A DNA stretch of 64,000 bases from Octopus sinensis (Eukaryota): positions 29,326,001-29,390,000 of the forward strand of contig NC_043005.1 in NCBI RefSeq assembly GCF_006345805.1. The letters run 5' to 3'. The notes below the pieces were generated by a model, which was given only the letters and a program-made list of their open reading frames with translations, ran no database searches and had not been told where the DNA came from. How positions within the stretch are numbered: position 1 is the stretch's first letter; each line of letters opens with the position of its first letter. Made by a program: the position numbers and the translations under genes. Below, one piece after another: positions 23,726 to 36,420 of this stretch.

Positions 23726-25460
23726 TTAGGAGGGGTATGTTGTGGAGGATGGTGTCGAAGGCTTCGTTATTGAGAGGGTTGTGTGTGGAGATGTATGGTA
23801 AGGCTTTTGGTTGTAAGTTTTTCTTTGATTGGGATGTCTCAGTTCCTTGATGTTAAGTTGAAGGGCACGTTGAATGCACTTGTCAATAAGTGAAGGTGGA
23901 TAGTTCCTGGTGATAAGGGTATCTTTTAGTTCTTGTAGTCGTGTGTCTCTGGTGTTTGCGTTAGAGACTATAGTGCATATCCTTTTTGCTAGATTGAAGG
24001 GGATATTCATCCTGGTGTGTCTGGGGTGGCATGAATTGAATGGAAGATATTGCTTAGAGTCTGTAGGCTTATAGTATATGTCTGTTTCTATTATATTATT
24101 AGCTTTCTTAATGAGGATGTCGAGGAAGGGGAGTTGTTGCTGGCTATATTCCATCGTGAATTGGATGTTTACGTCCAGTCCGTTTAAAATTTCCTGGAAT
24201 TCTATGAGTTTTTCTATATTTTTATGCCAAAGGATGAAACAGTCATCTAGATATCTCTTCCAGTTGTTTTCTATGTAGATGGAGAAAGGGCTGCCATATC
24301 TTTCTAGAACCTTACGATACAGACAGATCTCTAGGTATCCTATGACTAGGTTGGCAAAGGAGGGGGCCATTCGTGTACCCATCGCAGTCCCCGATTTTTG
24401 TCGGTAGAAGTTGTCATTGAAGGCGAAGAAGTTATTTTCCAGGATGAATTTAACCCCTTCTATCACAAATTCTTTTTTGATGCGGTGTGGTAGTTCGTTG
24501 GCGTGATTCTCTAGCCAGAATTGGATTGCCTCTAGTCCTAGGTTGTGGGGGATATTGGAGTAGAGGTTGACTACATCGAAGGATACCAGTATGGTGTTTT
24601 TGTTTATAGTATTCGGTAGGTGATTGAGCATATCTAAGTCGTCCCTTATATAGCTTTTGACATGTTTGAGCAGTGGTTTTAACAGGGTGTCTAAAAAGTT
24701 ACTGAGGCGGTGGGTTTCGCATGCGGGATCTGCTATTATGGGTCTCAATTTGAGGTCATTAGGATTAGGGACTTTAATTATTTTGTCTGTAGCTATCTTG
24801 CATGCGTTGCTTATTTTTTCACTTTTGTGGATCTTAGGTATACCGTAGAATTGGCTAGTTTTACTTGTGAAATTGGTCATATAATCATATTCTTTGTTGG
24901 TGAGCCCTGCTTTGTATGGGTTTAATATGGATTTTAGTTCCCTCATTATTTTTTGTTGACTGTAGTTTTGTGCCTTTTCATAGTATGTTGTGTCTTCCAG
25001 CATAGAAAGTACCAAAGTTATGTAAAATGTCGTATCCATTAAGACAACAGCACTCCCTTTATCGGCCTCTTTGATTGTTATTGTTTTATCTTGTTTTAAT
25101 TTGTTCAACTCAGCCCATTCTTTTTTGCTGAAGTTTGGTTTGTGTTTTTGTTTGTGCATATGTTGATATGGGTAATTAGATATGTGGTCACAGAAATCAT
25201 CAAGTGTTTTGTTCTTACCTTTCGAGGGGTGTAGTTACTCCTATTTCTGGCTAACGATTCGTCCTCGTTGTATTTATCGTATAGCTCCTCAGTAAGTCTT
25301 AATTTTCTGCAGAATTCTGCGATGTCTTCTTTCATTTCGTTGTAGTTGGGGTGTTGTGGGGTGGGTTAAACTTGAGTCCTTTGGAAAGTATGTTTATTTG
25401 GTTTGCTGTTAGTTCCTTGTGAGTTAGATTGATAATTTTTATTACTTTTGGTTCCTCCTG
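23726..25460 (-). pseudogene. PLE reverse transcriptase (frameshifts at ~25367 and ~25160)
   Basis: IINLTHKELT…LSKGLKF / PTPQHPNYNEMKEDIAEFCRKLRL / LRPII, LVSFDVVNLYSNIP, GTAMGTRMAPSFANL, RYLDD, LPFLD. Confidence 0.93.
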
Positions 25461-25471
25461 CTTGTTTGGTG

Positions 25472-26758
25472 CTATCTTGTGTCTCTGTGTTTGCGTATTG
25501 GGTCTAAAAAATGAATGCGGTGGTTGGGACGGTAGCTATTATATAGTTGTTCTTTGTTGATGTGGGGTCTCCTGTTGTGATTTATGGTGTGTGTTCTTGG
25601 AGCAGTATTGAGGAGAGCATCCCGATATCCCATATTCGGGTGTGGTGTTCTAGGAGGCCTTCGTTGGTAATCATTGTAAGTGGAGTGGGTTTGTTGTGCA
25701 TGGTTGTTTAACCGGTTTATGGGGCGGAGATTTCGTTGGTAACTCTTTTGGGTGGGGATAAGGTTGCAGTGTCTATGCTGTGGGTGTTGATTTATCCTTT
25801 CTCTGCTTGAAGTGGGGGTATTCCTGATATTGTAACGCTGGCTGCTTACAGAGTTAGGGTTGGGTCCTGTACTCTTTTTTTGAAAGTAGTGAAGGTTCCG
25901 ATTTTTAGACAGGTGTGTATCGGTGTTTGGGTGTTGTTTTGGTTTTCTTATTTTCTGGAAAGGGTTGTTGGAGGCGTGCTCTGTTTGAAAGACGGCTTCA
26001 TAGTCTGAGAACCAAATGGCGTTTTTCTCCCAGCGTTGGAGAGATTTTAGTTCTTCTTTTTCACAGTCCTCTTCCCATAGTTTGGAGAACTTCTCTTGAT
26101 CTGGACCTTGGGTCATTTTGCGAATTTCTTCGTTGATATCTTCATCGGTGGATTTTATTTTATCCTCATTCGTTTGGGCCCTCAATTTCAGAAGTTCTAT
26201 TTCCATTTTCATTTTTTCCAGTGCCATTCTCTCCCTGAGGTGTCTTTGTGTTTCAGGTTCCTCTGTAATAGCTTTGAACTGGAATTTACGTGGGAGGATT
26301 AACGGGGTGCGGTTGAGCCATTTTTCGTATATATCCGCTTTGTTGTTGTTTTGGATCATCTTCCAAAAGGCGAACTTTCTATCTCTGAGTGATTTGTTCC
26401 ATTGTGGTATTATGTGTTGTTTCATTTGGTATGTTGTTAGAGTATTGATCCCATATATTGACGCGTTTGGAGGTCCTTGGTTAGCGTTGTTAGAGAAAAA
26501 TGTTCTAATTGTTTCGCATAAGTTTCCAAGGTTTTCGACAATTTCGGAGGTTGTATTTTTCGTATCTGTTTCCTCATTGTTCTCTCGATTGGGTTGATGT
26601 GTCGAGTCGAATTTGTTCAAAAATGTTGACAAATTTGTGTTGATTTTCTTGAGTTCTTTCAGTATTTCTTCATTTATGGAGGCGATTGTGTCTGTTTTTG
26701 TCGGCATTTTCCGTATCTCGTGTGGGTTAATGATATGTATAAGGGTGGAAAGGAACAC
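25472..26758 (-). CDS. Upstream ORF1 of the PLE, 428 aa, coiled-coil-like centre and basic low-complexity C-terminus; function unknown
   Basis: Uninterrupted 428-codon frame inside the element's terminal repeats, co-directional with and ending just before the RT frame. The first Met in the track may not be the real start (MPTKTD is an alternative). Confidence 0.65.
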   Translation of the reverse strand: MFLSTLIHIINPHEIRKMPTKTDTIASINEEILKELKKINTNLSTFLNKFDSTHQPNRENNEETDTKNTTSEIVENLGNLCETIRTFFSNNANQGPPNASIYGINTLTTYQMKQHIIPQWNKSLRDRKFAFWKMIQNNNKADIYEKWLNRTPLILPRKFQFKAITEEPETQRHLRERMALEKMKMEIELLKLRAQTNEDKIKSTDEDINEEIRKMTQGPDQEKFSKLWEEDCEKEELKSLQRWEKNAIWFSDYEAVFQTEHASNNPFQKIRKPKQHPNTDTHLSKNRNLHYFQKKSTGPNPNSVSSQRYNIRNTPTSSRERINQHPQHRHCNLIPTQKSYQRNLRPINRLNNHAQQTHSTYNDYQRRPPRTPHPNMGYRDALLNTAPRTHTINHNRRPHINKEQLYNSYRPNHRIHFLDPIRKHRDTR

Positions 26759-27763
26759 ACGAGTTGATATATATGAAAAAACAAGTCAAAAATAGAAAAT
26801 ATATATATATATATCACATTCTAATCGAACATGTCTATTATGAAAGGCATGTATTTGAGTCTGCTCGACCAAGTTGACTTGAGACAAAACAACAACAACA
26901 AGAGCAACACCAGCAGTTCATTTCTTCACTCAAACCCTTTCTTTCCCCCTTTCTCTACGTGGGAAACGCTTGACTCACTGGTGAGCACGATATCCTTGGT
27001 AGGTAGATTCCGCTGTTTATACTCGGTCTCTAGATCTGTAATGGCTGTAAAGTCCTGTTTTGTGCTATAACAAGTCCACTTGGCTGAGAATATGTAGATA
27101 CCATCTTGGTGTAGAGTAGTGTGAAGTCCACTTTAAGCTACAGTAGAAAATATTTGCTTGCATAAGGAAATCGAACCTGAAACCACAATTTGGGAAGCAA
27201 ATTTCTTAACCACACAGCTATGCTTTCGTCTTGATAGAAACTAGAAAATAGTTTGACGACTGCAAAAATTAAGATGAAATCTAGCGTACTTCCATATTAA
27301 CACAAGATGGAGGTGACTAAGGAAGCAAAACAGCCTTGCTGACTCAGTTGTTGTTGTTGTTCCATATGGTAGGATTGAGTCAAACAATCAGTTTACCATT
27401 CCTATGTACGGTGTCTTCATCTTAATAATAGACAATACTGTTTAACTCCGAAATGCGACTGTTGTTTAATCCCAGGCCTGGGCCTATTACTGTAGAGCTA
27501 TGGTCAAAAATGTTCCAGTGGTAACCATCCTGTCCCTTTTTCCCAGCCATTGTACATCTCAGTCTACAGTGTCTAATGTATTGTAAGTTGTCGTTGCTAT
27601 TGTTGTTGTTGTTGCAGCTGCTGCTGCTGCTGTTGTCGTTTTGCCTGAGGGCAGCCCACATCCAGCAGATCTACCATCACGCCCGGATGAAAGTTGACAC
27701 AGTTGCCTTTTACTCAGGCATAGTATATCTTGGACTATATTATCCAAAGTGGTTTTACCTTTT

Positions 27764-28048
27764 TAGAGCATGATTTGAAGATTTGGTTGATATTTCTTGC
27801 AGGACGAATAGCCAGGTAGATTCTCCCCTCTCTAGCAATGATGCATAGTGTTGTAACTGTGTCTAGATGATAGGAAATCTTTATCTGTCTTGGACTCTGT
27901 CATCCAGTTTCCTTGGCTTTTTTTTAAAGACAGTAGAATATGATTTGAAAAAGACTTGGTTAGTATTTCTAGCAGGCTGAATGGCCAAATGGAGTCTCCC
28001 CCTCTCCAGCAATGATGTACATTGTTGTAGTTCTGGTTAAGTGATAGA
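27764..28048 (+). repeat. Two diverged ~110-bp direct repeats, 170 bp apart
   Basis: TAGA..ATGATTTGAA…TATTTCT.GCAGG..GAAT.GCCA…CTCCCC…TCT.AGCAATGATG at 27764 and 27934. Confidence 0.7.
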
Positions 28049-28913
28049 TGTTATTGCATGTCGTTGCAGTGACTGAAAATGGTTGAAGCCTACAGCAAAT
28101 TACGGACCTAAAACTGAATCCTCGCTTGTTCTCGGGGATGGAGGGGTCTTTCATTTTTAGCGTTTATGCTTTCTTGCATAAATTTGTCGGCAATTGAGAA
28201 TTAGGTACATGCCATGATGTGGGGGTGGGTCGTTCTTCGTATCTTTGCCGTTTTAAGATGGTTTGTGGTCTCTTCATCTTCCTCCTGTTTCTGTATCACG
28301 TGGTACATTATACTATGAAGCATATTTTTGATTTTCATCGAGGTTGGGATAAAATAATTTTTTTTAAATTTTGATAATTTATATTATTAGATTTCAACTT
28401 TAACTCAATTATTTAACTTAACTCATTAAATCTGTTTAATTAAGTATGGTACTTAACTGTCTCTTTAATTTTATCACTTAATTAAATATGCTCACAAGCA
28501 CACACAGACACACACACACACACATACTATTTATAACTCACACATTCATTTTTTTTAAAGGAAATGTAACTCAATCTGTGCGCGCGCGTATTGCTGTTTG
28601 TTGCTGTGTTACATTTTGTACTCTGATACCCGGCGGTTCAATTTGTTGTGTTTATGTTTAATATTATATCAACGGAATGGTGGAAGCTGCTCTACTCACG
28701 TTAAAACATTTCCCTTGTCGCTGATTTCAGACTCAGAAAGGAACCTCATCGAGGCATCCTGATCCTGTAACGGTCTCGGGTGAAATTCACGTTATTTTTT
28801 TTTTAGCCTTTTCTGGGAGAGGGGCGTTTATGGCGTTGTGAGTCTAACAAAAGTAGTTGTTGCGGTATAAATATTTTTGATGGGAGATGAAGAAAGAGAG
28901 AAGGGACGGATAG

Positions 28914-28914
28914 A

Positions 28915-28995
<81 letters not shown>
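28914..28995. repeat. (TATC)n microsatellite
   Basis: Direct reading. Confidence 0.98.
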
Positions 28996-29109
28996 GCAGC
29001 ATTTGCCGAAGAGTTTCCAATCTGTTGACAGATAGGGATCTACAACAGGGCCGCATCATTATAATGATACACTTGTGTAGAATATAAGTAAGAGTATATC
29101 TCCCGGCCG

Positions 29110-29710
29110 CCCTTCAAACTCGAAGGGAGTTAGAAAGAGAACGGTAGTCAGGTTTAGTTCTCCATTTAATTTAAATGTTTTCACTAATGTTACTAGAAGT
29201 TCCCTAACTCTAATAAGACAGCATTTCCCAAGAACCCAAAGGTACCATAAACTCTTCAATTTCCATAATGTCAAATTTAGCTACTCATGCTCAGATCATA
29301 AGGCTTCCGATGCTGTACACTACAATCGAAACACTTGTTGCTACCGAAATCCCATCAACCGCTCATTTGGAGGATCTTGCCTTGTGAAAACACTTTCGTG
29401 TATAGAGTAGCCCTCACACCATCAGATGGCATGACAAGGCCCAAACAGACATATCAGCCAATGGTTTCAAGGGGAGATTTAAGTAACACATGCAGTCATT
29501 CAAGTGCAGGGACAGGTAAAACAACTTCCACAACATCGCATGGGGCATCCTTGACAGGGTCCCTTCTTACTCATTTGAAGTTCGTAGTTTTCAACTTTAC
29601 CTCCACGTGAGACTGCATATACGCATATAACTATAAAATTCTGCAGTATCCATCAACAGAGAAACCGATTTCTTCTATTGTCATTAAAACTATGCTCTGT
29701 CAATAAACTT
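29110..29710 (+). pseudogene. Decayed C-terminal region (thumb/linker + GIY-YIG) of a second PLE family
   Basis: RKRTVVRFSSPFNLNVFTNV…LIRQHFP…HKLFNFHNVKFSYSC…GSCLVK, then shifted VYRV…FKGRFK*HMQSFK…IAWGILDR. Matches the 'RKR.i.WFNPPf…khFP…hKiFN…vKvSYSC' PLE type and differs from the 22-26 kb element. Confidence 0.7.
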
Positions 29711-30239
29711 CAAACCATTGGCCGCTAATAACCTTGGAAGGCCGTCATAGCCCTTGTTGGTCCATGCACAGTTACATAATATTCACCTTTGCTTTGCCTG
29801 TAGTGAGGTTATTTCAGGCAGTTTTAAACCACGCAGCGATACTCAACACGCAAACTCGTATGTAACCGTCGTCGCTGGAATATCAAAACCGTGTAGCAAT
29901 AGTAAGTGATTTGTTGATATAGAGCTTTATTGTCCAGTGAGTGACCTCGTTCCTGATATGGTGATAGTGATACTGGTCGTTTTGGGCCTACGTCCAAAAC
30001 CTGAGGCGTGAGCTTTCTTTTGTCTATTTCAAAACTCGCGACTGATAGAAAACCCTACTCTTTATGTTTTCATATTTGAATGAACCATGGCTTGCATGAT
30101 TGGAATTTTAGTATATCATTACTATACATCTAATAAGCTGACCTGCCAACTTTTGTTATTCTGGATTGAAGGGGACGGCACTTGGAACACAGTCTACTAA
30201 ACATTGCTCGTCTCGACAGAATACTGTCGAGACGTTTGG

Positions 30240-30740
30240 AAGCTCGCTATGCAATAAAGTTTTGTGTTAAACTGGGAAAAAAACGCTACATAAACTTATG
30301 AAATGCTCCAGACTGGTCATGAATTAACTTGTCTGAGCCTAGCATCTGTTTTTCGCTGGCAGAAGAGGTTCAAGGACGGTAGAGAGGAGATGAAAGACAA
30401 TGAGTGGTGCGGGAGGAAAAGGAACATCAAAACATTAAAGCTAGTTGAGAAATTTTGCAATTTTCTGGATAAAGACCGTCGTCTGTCTAGAAAAACAATA
30501 AATAGACAGTTTGGTGTTGGTGTAGCAATTATACTTAGAATTATTCATGAAAACCTAAACATGCGCCTCGAAATTTGTGCAAAGTTTGTTCCTAGGCTGC
30601 TCAGTGACGAAGAGGGGAAAAAATGAGGCGTTGGTGACAGCAGGGACATGGTCGAGTGTATGAACTTTCAAACCAAGAATACTCGAGTCTCCGATGACCT
30701 GTGGATTTACGAAAGTGGATTTACTGTTAAGATCCAGAGA
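30240..30740 (+). pseudogene. Decayed mariner transposase N-terminal half
   Basis: AIKFCVKLGK…TYEMLQT…VFRWQKRFKDGRE…DKDRRLS…ICAKFVPRLLSDE. Confidence 0.8.
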
Positions 30741-33329
30741 TCAAGAGAATTTTACATTCAGTATGACGCTTTTCCTCAACACTTTCAGAGGAACTTTCAG
30801 CATTTGTAGTTGTAGGCCGTTTTATATTCATGCTGCATAAAATTGTGTGAGCAATATATAACTGGAGTACGAATGAGTGAGAATTGAAGTGTCTTGCGTT
30901 CCTTCGTCGTTTCATTTTCTAGGAAAACACTCGTTCCTTAATAATTTCATTTTCTAGAGGAACACATGTTTGCGAAGGAAAATACTTTCTTCATTTTTTA
31001 TTTTCATAGAGTAACAGAGAGCAACACAGAAAGGAAGGTATTTTGGTTTGTTAGCTTTCCTTTTTGTCTTTTTTTTTTTAAAAAAAAGAGACAAAAATAA
31101 GTAAATATATAAAAGGTAAAAGGAAATATGAATTTCTGAAGATATTTCGCACTAGAAATATTCTAGTTCAGATTTAAACAATATCAACTACCAATGAAAT
31201 GGAAGGCTTAAAGCAACAAGAGAAAGAATAGAAATGAAATGATACAAGCAAAGGATGAGAACTTGACAAAGACAGGAAATAAGAGAAAGTTCAGAACAAA
31301 ACTAACAGAACTAATAGAAAATCCAACATGACTTAGTGCGAACGTTCAGGATACCTGCGATGTCAAAGTGAAAGACAGTAAATACGAAGAGAAAACATGG
31401 ACGTCGAACAACAAGCTGATTACATACGACAACGTCGAGAGTGAGAGGGAGAAAGAGAGGCAGAGGGAAAAAGAGAGAGGGGAGAAGAGAGGCGAAGAGA
31501 GACAGAGGAGACAGTGTGTTTGTGTGTGTGTGAGAGATAAAGAAAGAGGCAGTGAGAGGCAGAATGAGAGAGAGAGTGTGTGTATGCGTGTGATGAAATA
31601 ACTTGAACGAAGAACAGCGGGAAGAATCTCAAGAACTTCAAGAAAGGAATCAAGTGCAATGAGAAAACACAAAAGAAAAATAATTGTATTTAATTTGAGA
31701 AATGTTCAAACAAAAAGACGACTTGAGAGGCGATTTGGTGCTTTCTGTTGTGCAACAACAACAGAACGAAGAGCTGTGTTTTTGTATTCAACCTGAATCT
31801 CTAGCAGAACTCATTATGATAAACATCTTGAACATAATCAAACAATTCTATAAAGATTATATGAATTTATACATCAAAATGTGTAAGAACATTTATGAAA
31901 TGTGGAAATCTTCGGGGGTCCGATAAGTTGTTATAAAGCAGTGTTAAGACAGCGAAAATACTGTCTCCAGAAAAAAATAATGATGTGGCGAGACAGCATT
32001 TAATGGAATTGTGCTAAGCGTGTCCTTTCTCTGCATGTGGGCATAAGCAAACACACTGTACACACACACGCACACGCGCACATACACACACACATGCACA
32101 CAGATAGATAAATGTATGCATAGTCACATACATATACATATGCAAATTATGTGTATGCGTGTGTATATGTGTGTGAATGTGTGCTTGTGTCCGTGTGGAC
32201 ATACATACACACAAACACAGAGAGAGAGAGAGAGAGAGAGAAGGAGAAAGAGAGAAAGAGAAAGAAAGAGAGAAGGAAAGAAAGATGGAGTGCCGTGTGT
32301 AACAAATAATGAAGTGAATGAGTCATTTTAACGAAAGTCAATAGGACAACTTAACCCTCTTCAGAACGGTCCATCTATAGATTATATTTTTACATCGTTT
32401 TTCTATCTGTTCTGGCACCAAAATAGTTCCTGCTACGCCAACAGTACTTTTGCCAAAACACCCCACCCCCTCACTCGACATTCTTACGTCATAGCACACT
32501 GCCAAATACGGAATTCTTTTGAGAACTGTCTTACTGTGTGTGTGTGTGTGTTTCTCTTTTACTCTATGTAAAAGAGAGATAGAGATAGAGAGAGGGGTAA
32601 TAGATAGATGGATAGATAGATAGATAAACAGATAAATAGAGGGTAAGAGAGAAAAAAATGTGTATATGTAAATATGTACTGAGGTCTGTAGAAAAAATGC
32701 GCCGATATTAATAATTTTTGAGATAGGAGATAGAAGGCGATATATATTTTTAGGCAAGGGGTGTGGCCAATTTAAGAGATTCTCCGTCCTTGACTGATAC
32801 TTACTTTGTAGAATGAATTGGTGAAAAGTTTTTTTCATAGAGACGCCGTCTGTATGTAAAATAATAGTTAAGTGGATGTTAACATATTTAATGCCATGAG
32901 AAGAAAGACTTCGTAAATAATTAAAAATTACACCGGTAATGAAGTAAGAAAATGACAAACAAAAAACCCCATTAGTTTAGCGAATACTTTTGATCAAGAA
33001 ATGTAAGGGGAGACAACCCCTGAATTTAAATTAATAAAAATTAAATGGAATAAAGAAATGGAGAGAGGAATGAATCTGATCTTTTTCAAGTAAGGTGATA
33101 TAACTCAGGACGTGTTTTGGTCTTATTAGATCTCATCAACCAAACATACCGATCGATCCAGAACGATGAAAAGCAAAGCTGATAATGGACAGATTTAAAC
33201 TGGGGCGGTATAGAGACACAGGCAAATTACTGGTCTTCCAGTTCCGCCATTCACTCCTCTGTCATAATAATTGTTCCAAAGTTTGGTACAATGTTCGGAA
33301 TTTTGGGGTGAGGGGATTAGTACTTGACC

Positions 33330-33750
33330 GACAGTTTATTTTATCGACCCTGGAGGAATGAAAGTCAAAGTTGACTTCGACAGGATTTGAACTCAGAACT
33401 CAGAAGTGGCAGAAGAAATGTTGCCAAACATTTTCCCGATGCCTTATCGATTCTGTCAGCTCACCACCTTACTTTTTTTTTCATAACAATAATATTGATT
33501 TCTAACATGGAGCTTAGTGGGAAAGAGAGTTGAATAACTCGATCGAAGCATCGAATGTCGGACAAAATGTTTTACTGTGTTTGCTGCAGTTCTTTACATT
33601 CTGAGTTCAAATTCCACCAAAGTCAACTTTGCCTTTCATTCCTCCGGGGTAGATAAAATAATGTAGCGGCAAAATAGTGGGTCAATGGTGCCCACTAACC
33701 TCTAAACCTTTCCACCAAGACTGACAGCCTTGTATCTAAAGCAGAAACCA
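33330..33750. mobile_element. Two SINE family B copies head-to-head (33330-33472 minus; 33545-33750 plus)
   Basis: Both contain the GAGTTCAAAT…GTCAACTTTG.CTTTCATT core. Confidence 0.7.
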
Positions 33751-34881
33751 TTATTTCATTGATTTCGGAAGAATGGACTGTAAAAGACAGCAAATTGGCA
33801 CAGTTCTTTGGACAAAATTGGCTTGCGGTGTTTGTTCTGGCTCACTGACCTTTCATTTCAAATCCTGTTTTTGTGGACTGATAAAATAAAGGACCGTAGG
33901 TTGACGGAATTCTCAGAACGTTGGACAAAATGCCAAACAATATCTATTCATTTCTTCGAGTCCTGAGTTAGTGACTGGCAGGCTTGATTCACCACCCGAG
34001 AGGAACCATTATTTATTTGTAATGACCAAGACTTTGAACACTTGGCTTCATTATTCACAGTCCTGGTGCTTCAGTTTGATTCAAACAAGTAGCATCACAT
34101 AATGGTAGTTGATCTGGGCCTCCTCACGGCATAAAAGGTAATCTATACAAAGCTTGTCAAAAACTATACGCATCCATCTGCTTCATAGCCATTTGTAGTT
34201 GGTGTTGTTGAAACTGTTTACGAAAATATTCTTCATAGCATCATACGAATCTTCAAAAAAGTCACTGTATTCTGACCAATTAACCTGATGCATCATGTTC
34301 TGTAAAGCGCTCTTACTTCTTCAGTGGCCTCACACGAATGAAGAATTTATATCTATCTGAGGAAAGCAATGTATCAAATATGAGTGGAAATATTACGCTG
34401 TTATATGAATTAAGAGAAGATAAAGCACAGCTCTAAATATTGAGGTGAGATATTTCAAATCTGCAAACAGAGACCAGAAATAATATACAGATGTAAACAA
34501 CGAAGTGACATTGCACAGCTTTAAGTATTACTGAAAGGCATTACACAGTTACAAACAAGGAACGGAATTACACTTTTGTCAATAAAATAAGTCCTAAAGT
34601 ACTTTCTCTCAGACATCTGCGCCTGTTGCCAAATCTTAAACCGCACGAAACCTCTGTTCAATTAATATTATTGTTTTGAAGGTGAAAAAGTGGCATTGAG
34701 TACTTCTCTGTGCGAGAGGACTGCATAGTCTCGTTTTAGTAAGATTTCCCTTCCAGAAAATTTTTCTTTGAACAATGGATGTGTCTTTTTTTATTATGTG
34801 ATTTTCACCGGATTCTTCCTTACTTTTCGTGCATGTTGGCGGTAAAGTAAGAATTCGATGATGTTGTTTATCACTGATTAA

Positions 34882-35105
34882 GGCGGCGAGCTGACAGAAT
34901 CGTTGGGATGTCAGACAACATGCTTATCGGCATTTCGTCCGTCCTTACGTTTTGCGTTCAAGTTCCGCCGAGATAGACTTTGCCTCTCATCCTTTCGGGA
35001 TCAATGAAATAAGTACCAGTTAAACAGTGGGGTCCATGTAATCTACTAGAGCCCCCACTTTCTTCCAACAAAATTTCACGCCTTTTGTCTATGGTAGAAA
35101 GGATA
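34882..35105 (+). mobile_element. SINE family B, full copy
   Basis: TAAGGCGGCGAGCTGACAGAATCGTT head to …GGTAGAAAGGATAATTATT tail. Confidence 0.85.
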
Positions 35106-36034
35106 ATTATTACTGATTTAATTCTGAAATCAATTCTCAGTATTGATATATTGTGTAAATATATATGAAAATGCATACTTTCTACTTACCTCTAATCATT
35201 CGACATTGACAGGTGAAAGGACAAGACAGGAAGCAAAAGCCAGTCAGAACAGGTAAGAACTTTATTCACAATTTATCCCAAAAATCATTATATTGTAACT
35301 TCAAATTTCATCCAAATTCATGCTATATTTTTATGTTTTTTTTTTATACTGGTCTTACTACTTTTCGTCAAAATATTTAGTTTCTGACGGTATTGAGAGA
35401 TTTGTATAGAGAAAATAGTTCACAGCTTTAGTAAAATGATATTACATGATTTAAAACGTAGGTGAGAGATATTTCAAAATTGTAAATTGTGCAAAGTGAT
35501 AATCCAAAACTGCAAATTTTAACAAAAATAATTAATCTGTTGTAAATTTAAAGGGAGAAAATGAGCAATAATATAATCATTATTCAATGATATCAGCCGG
35601 TGGCATCTTTATGAATAATTATTAGTTTCCTGTGGGAAATGTTATAAACATTAAGGAGAACAATATTCCTCAGCTGTAAATGTAAAGGAGAGGGATAAGA
35701 CATAGACATAAACAAGAAAAAGTGACATTACATCTGTAAACATGACAAGGATATTACATGTGTTAGCATGGATGAGAGATATTACACAACTGTAAACACG
35801 ACGAAGTGATACAACACCATTACAAACATGGAAAACAGATGTTACATGGCAGTGAACATGGTGTGATGGTGGGGGGGTGAATGGAGATTTTTGCTTTAAT
35901 ACAAATATTGTTTTGAAGGTGAAAAACTGACATTGAGTACTTTTTTGTGCGAGAGGATTGCGTAGTCTCGTTCCCTTCTAGAAAATCCTTCTTTGAACAA
36001 TGGATGTGTTTTTTTTTCTTTTTCTCGTTTGGCT

Positions 36035-36420
36035 ATGTGGTTAAGAAGTTCACTTTGCAGTTACGAGGTTTCGGGTTCATTGCGTAGCACTCTGGGCATG
36101 TGAGTTCTACTATAATCTCAGGTAATTATAGTAGAATCTTGTGATTGAATTTGGTAGTCGGAAACTATGTGGAATCCCGTCGTGTGTAAACATATACGCA
36201 TATGTATCTTTGTGTTTGTATCTGTCCCTGTCCCCAGTCGCCTGACAACCAATGTTAGTTTGTTTTACGTCCCTGTAACTTAGCGGTTCAACAAAAGGGA
36301 GAGTAGAATAAGTATGAGACTTAAAAAAGAAATTTGTAATGTGGTCGATTAGTTGGGTAAATGCGGCGCCCCAGCATGGCCGTAGTCCAATGACTGAAAG
36401 AAGCAAACGATAAAAGATGG
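36035..36420 (+). mobile_element. SINE family A, diverged
   Basis: Head and tail homologous to the 21043 copy. Confidence 0.8.

Larger units (their letters stand above)
22461..26800 (-). mobile_element. Penelope-like retroelement (Neptune-type architecture), near full length, in (TA)n
   Basis: ORF1, then RT, Cys linker and GIY-YIG. 27-bp direct terminal repeat TGAAAAAACAAGTCAAAAATAGAAAAT at 22461-22487 and 26774-26800. TA tracts on both flanks. Confidence 0.93.

Noticed and set aside
26118-26597. Antisense ORFs over the PLE, mariner and CR1 coding regions (e.g. 159 aa here, 107 aa at 11696, 163 aa at 20376)
   Set aside because: Shadow ORFs expected opposite genuine coding frames.
34060-34300. 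Protein-like minus-strand frame after a possible acceptor (MMHQVNWSEYSDFFEDSYDAMKNIF…)
   Set aside because: Only ~40 codons before a stop, no recognisable motif and no partner exons. Cannot support a host exon.
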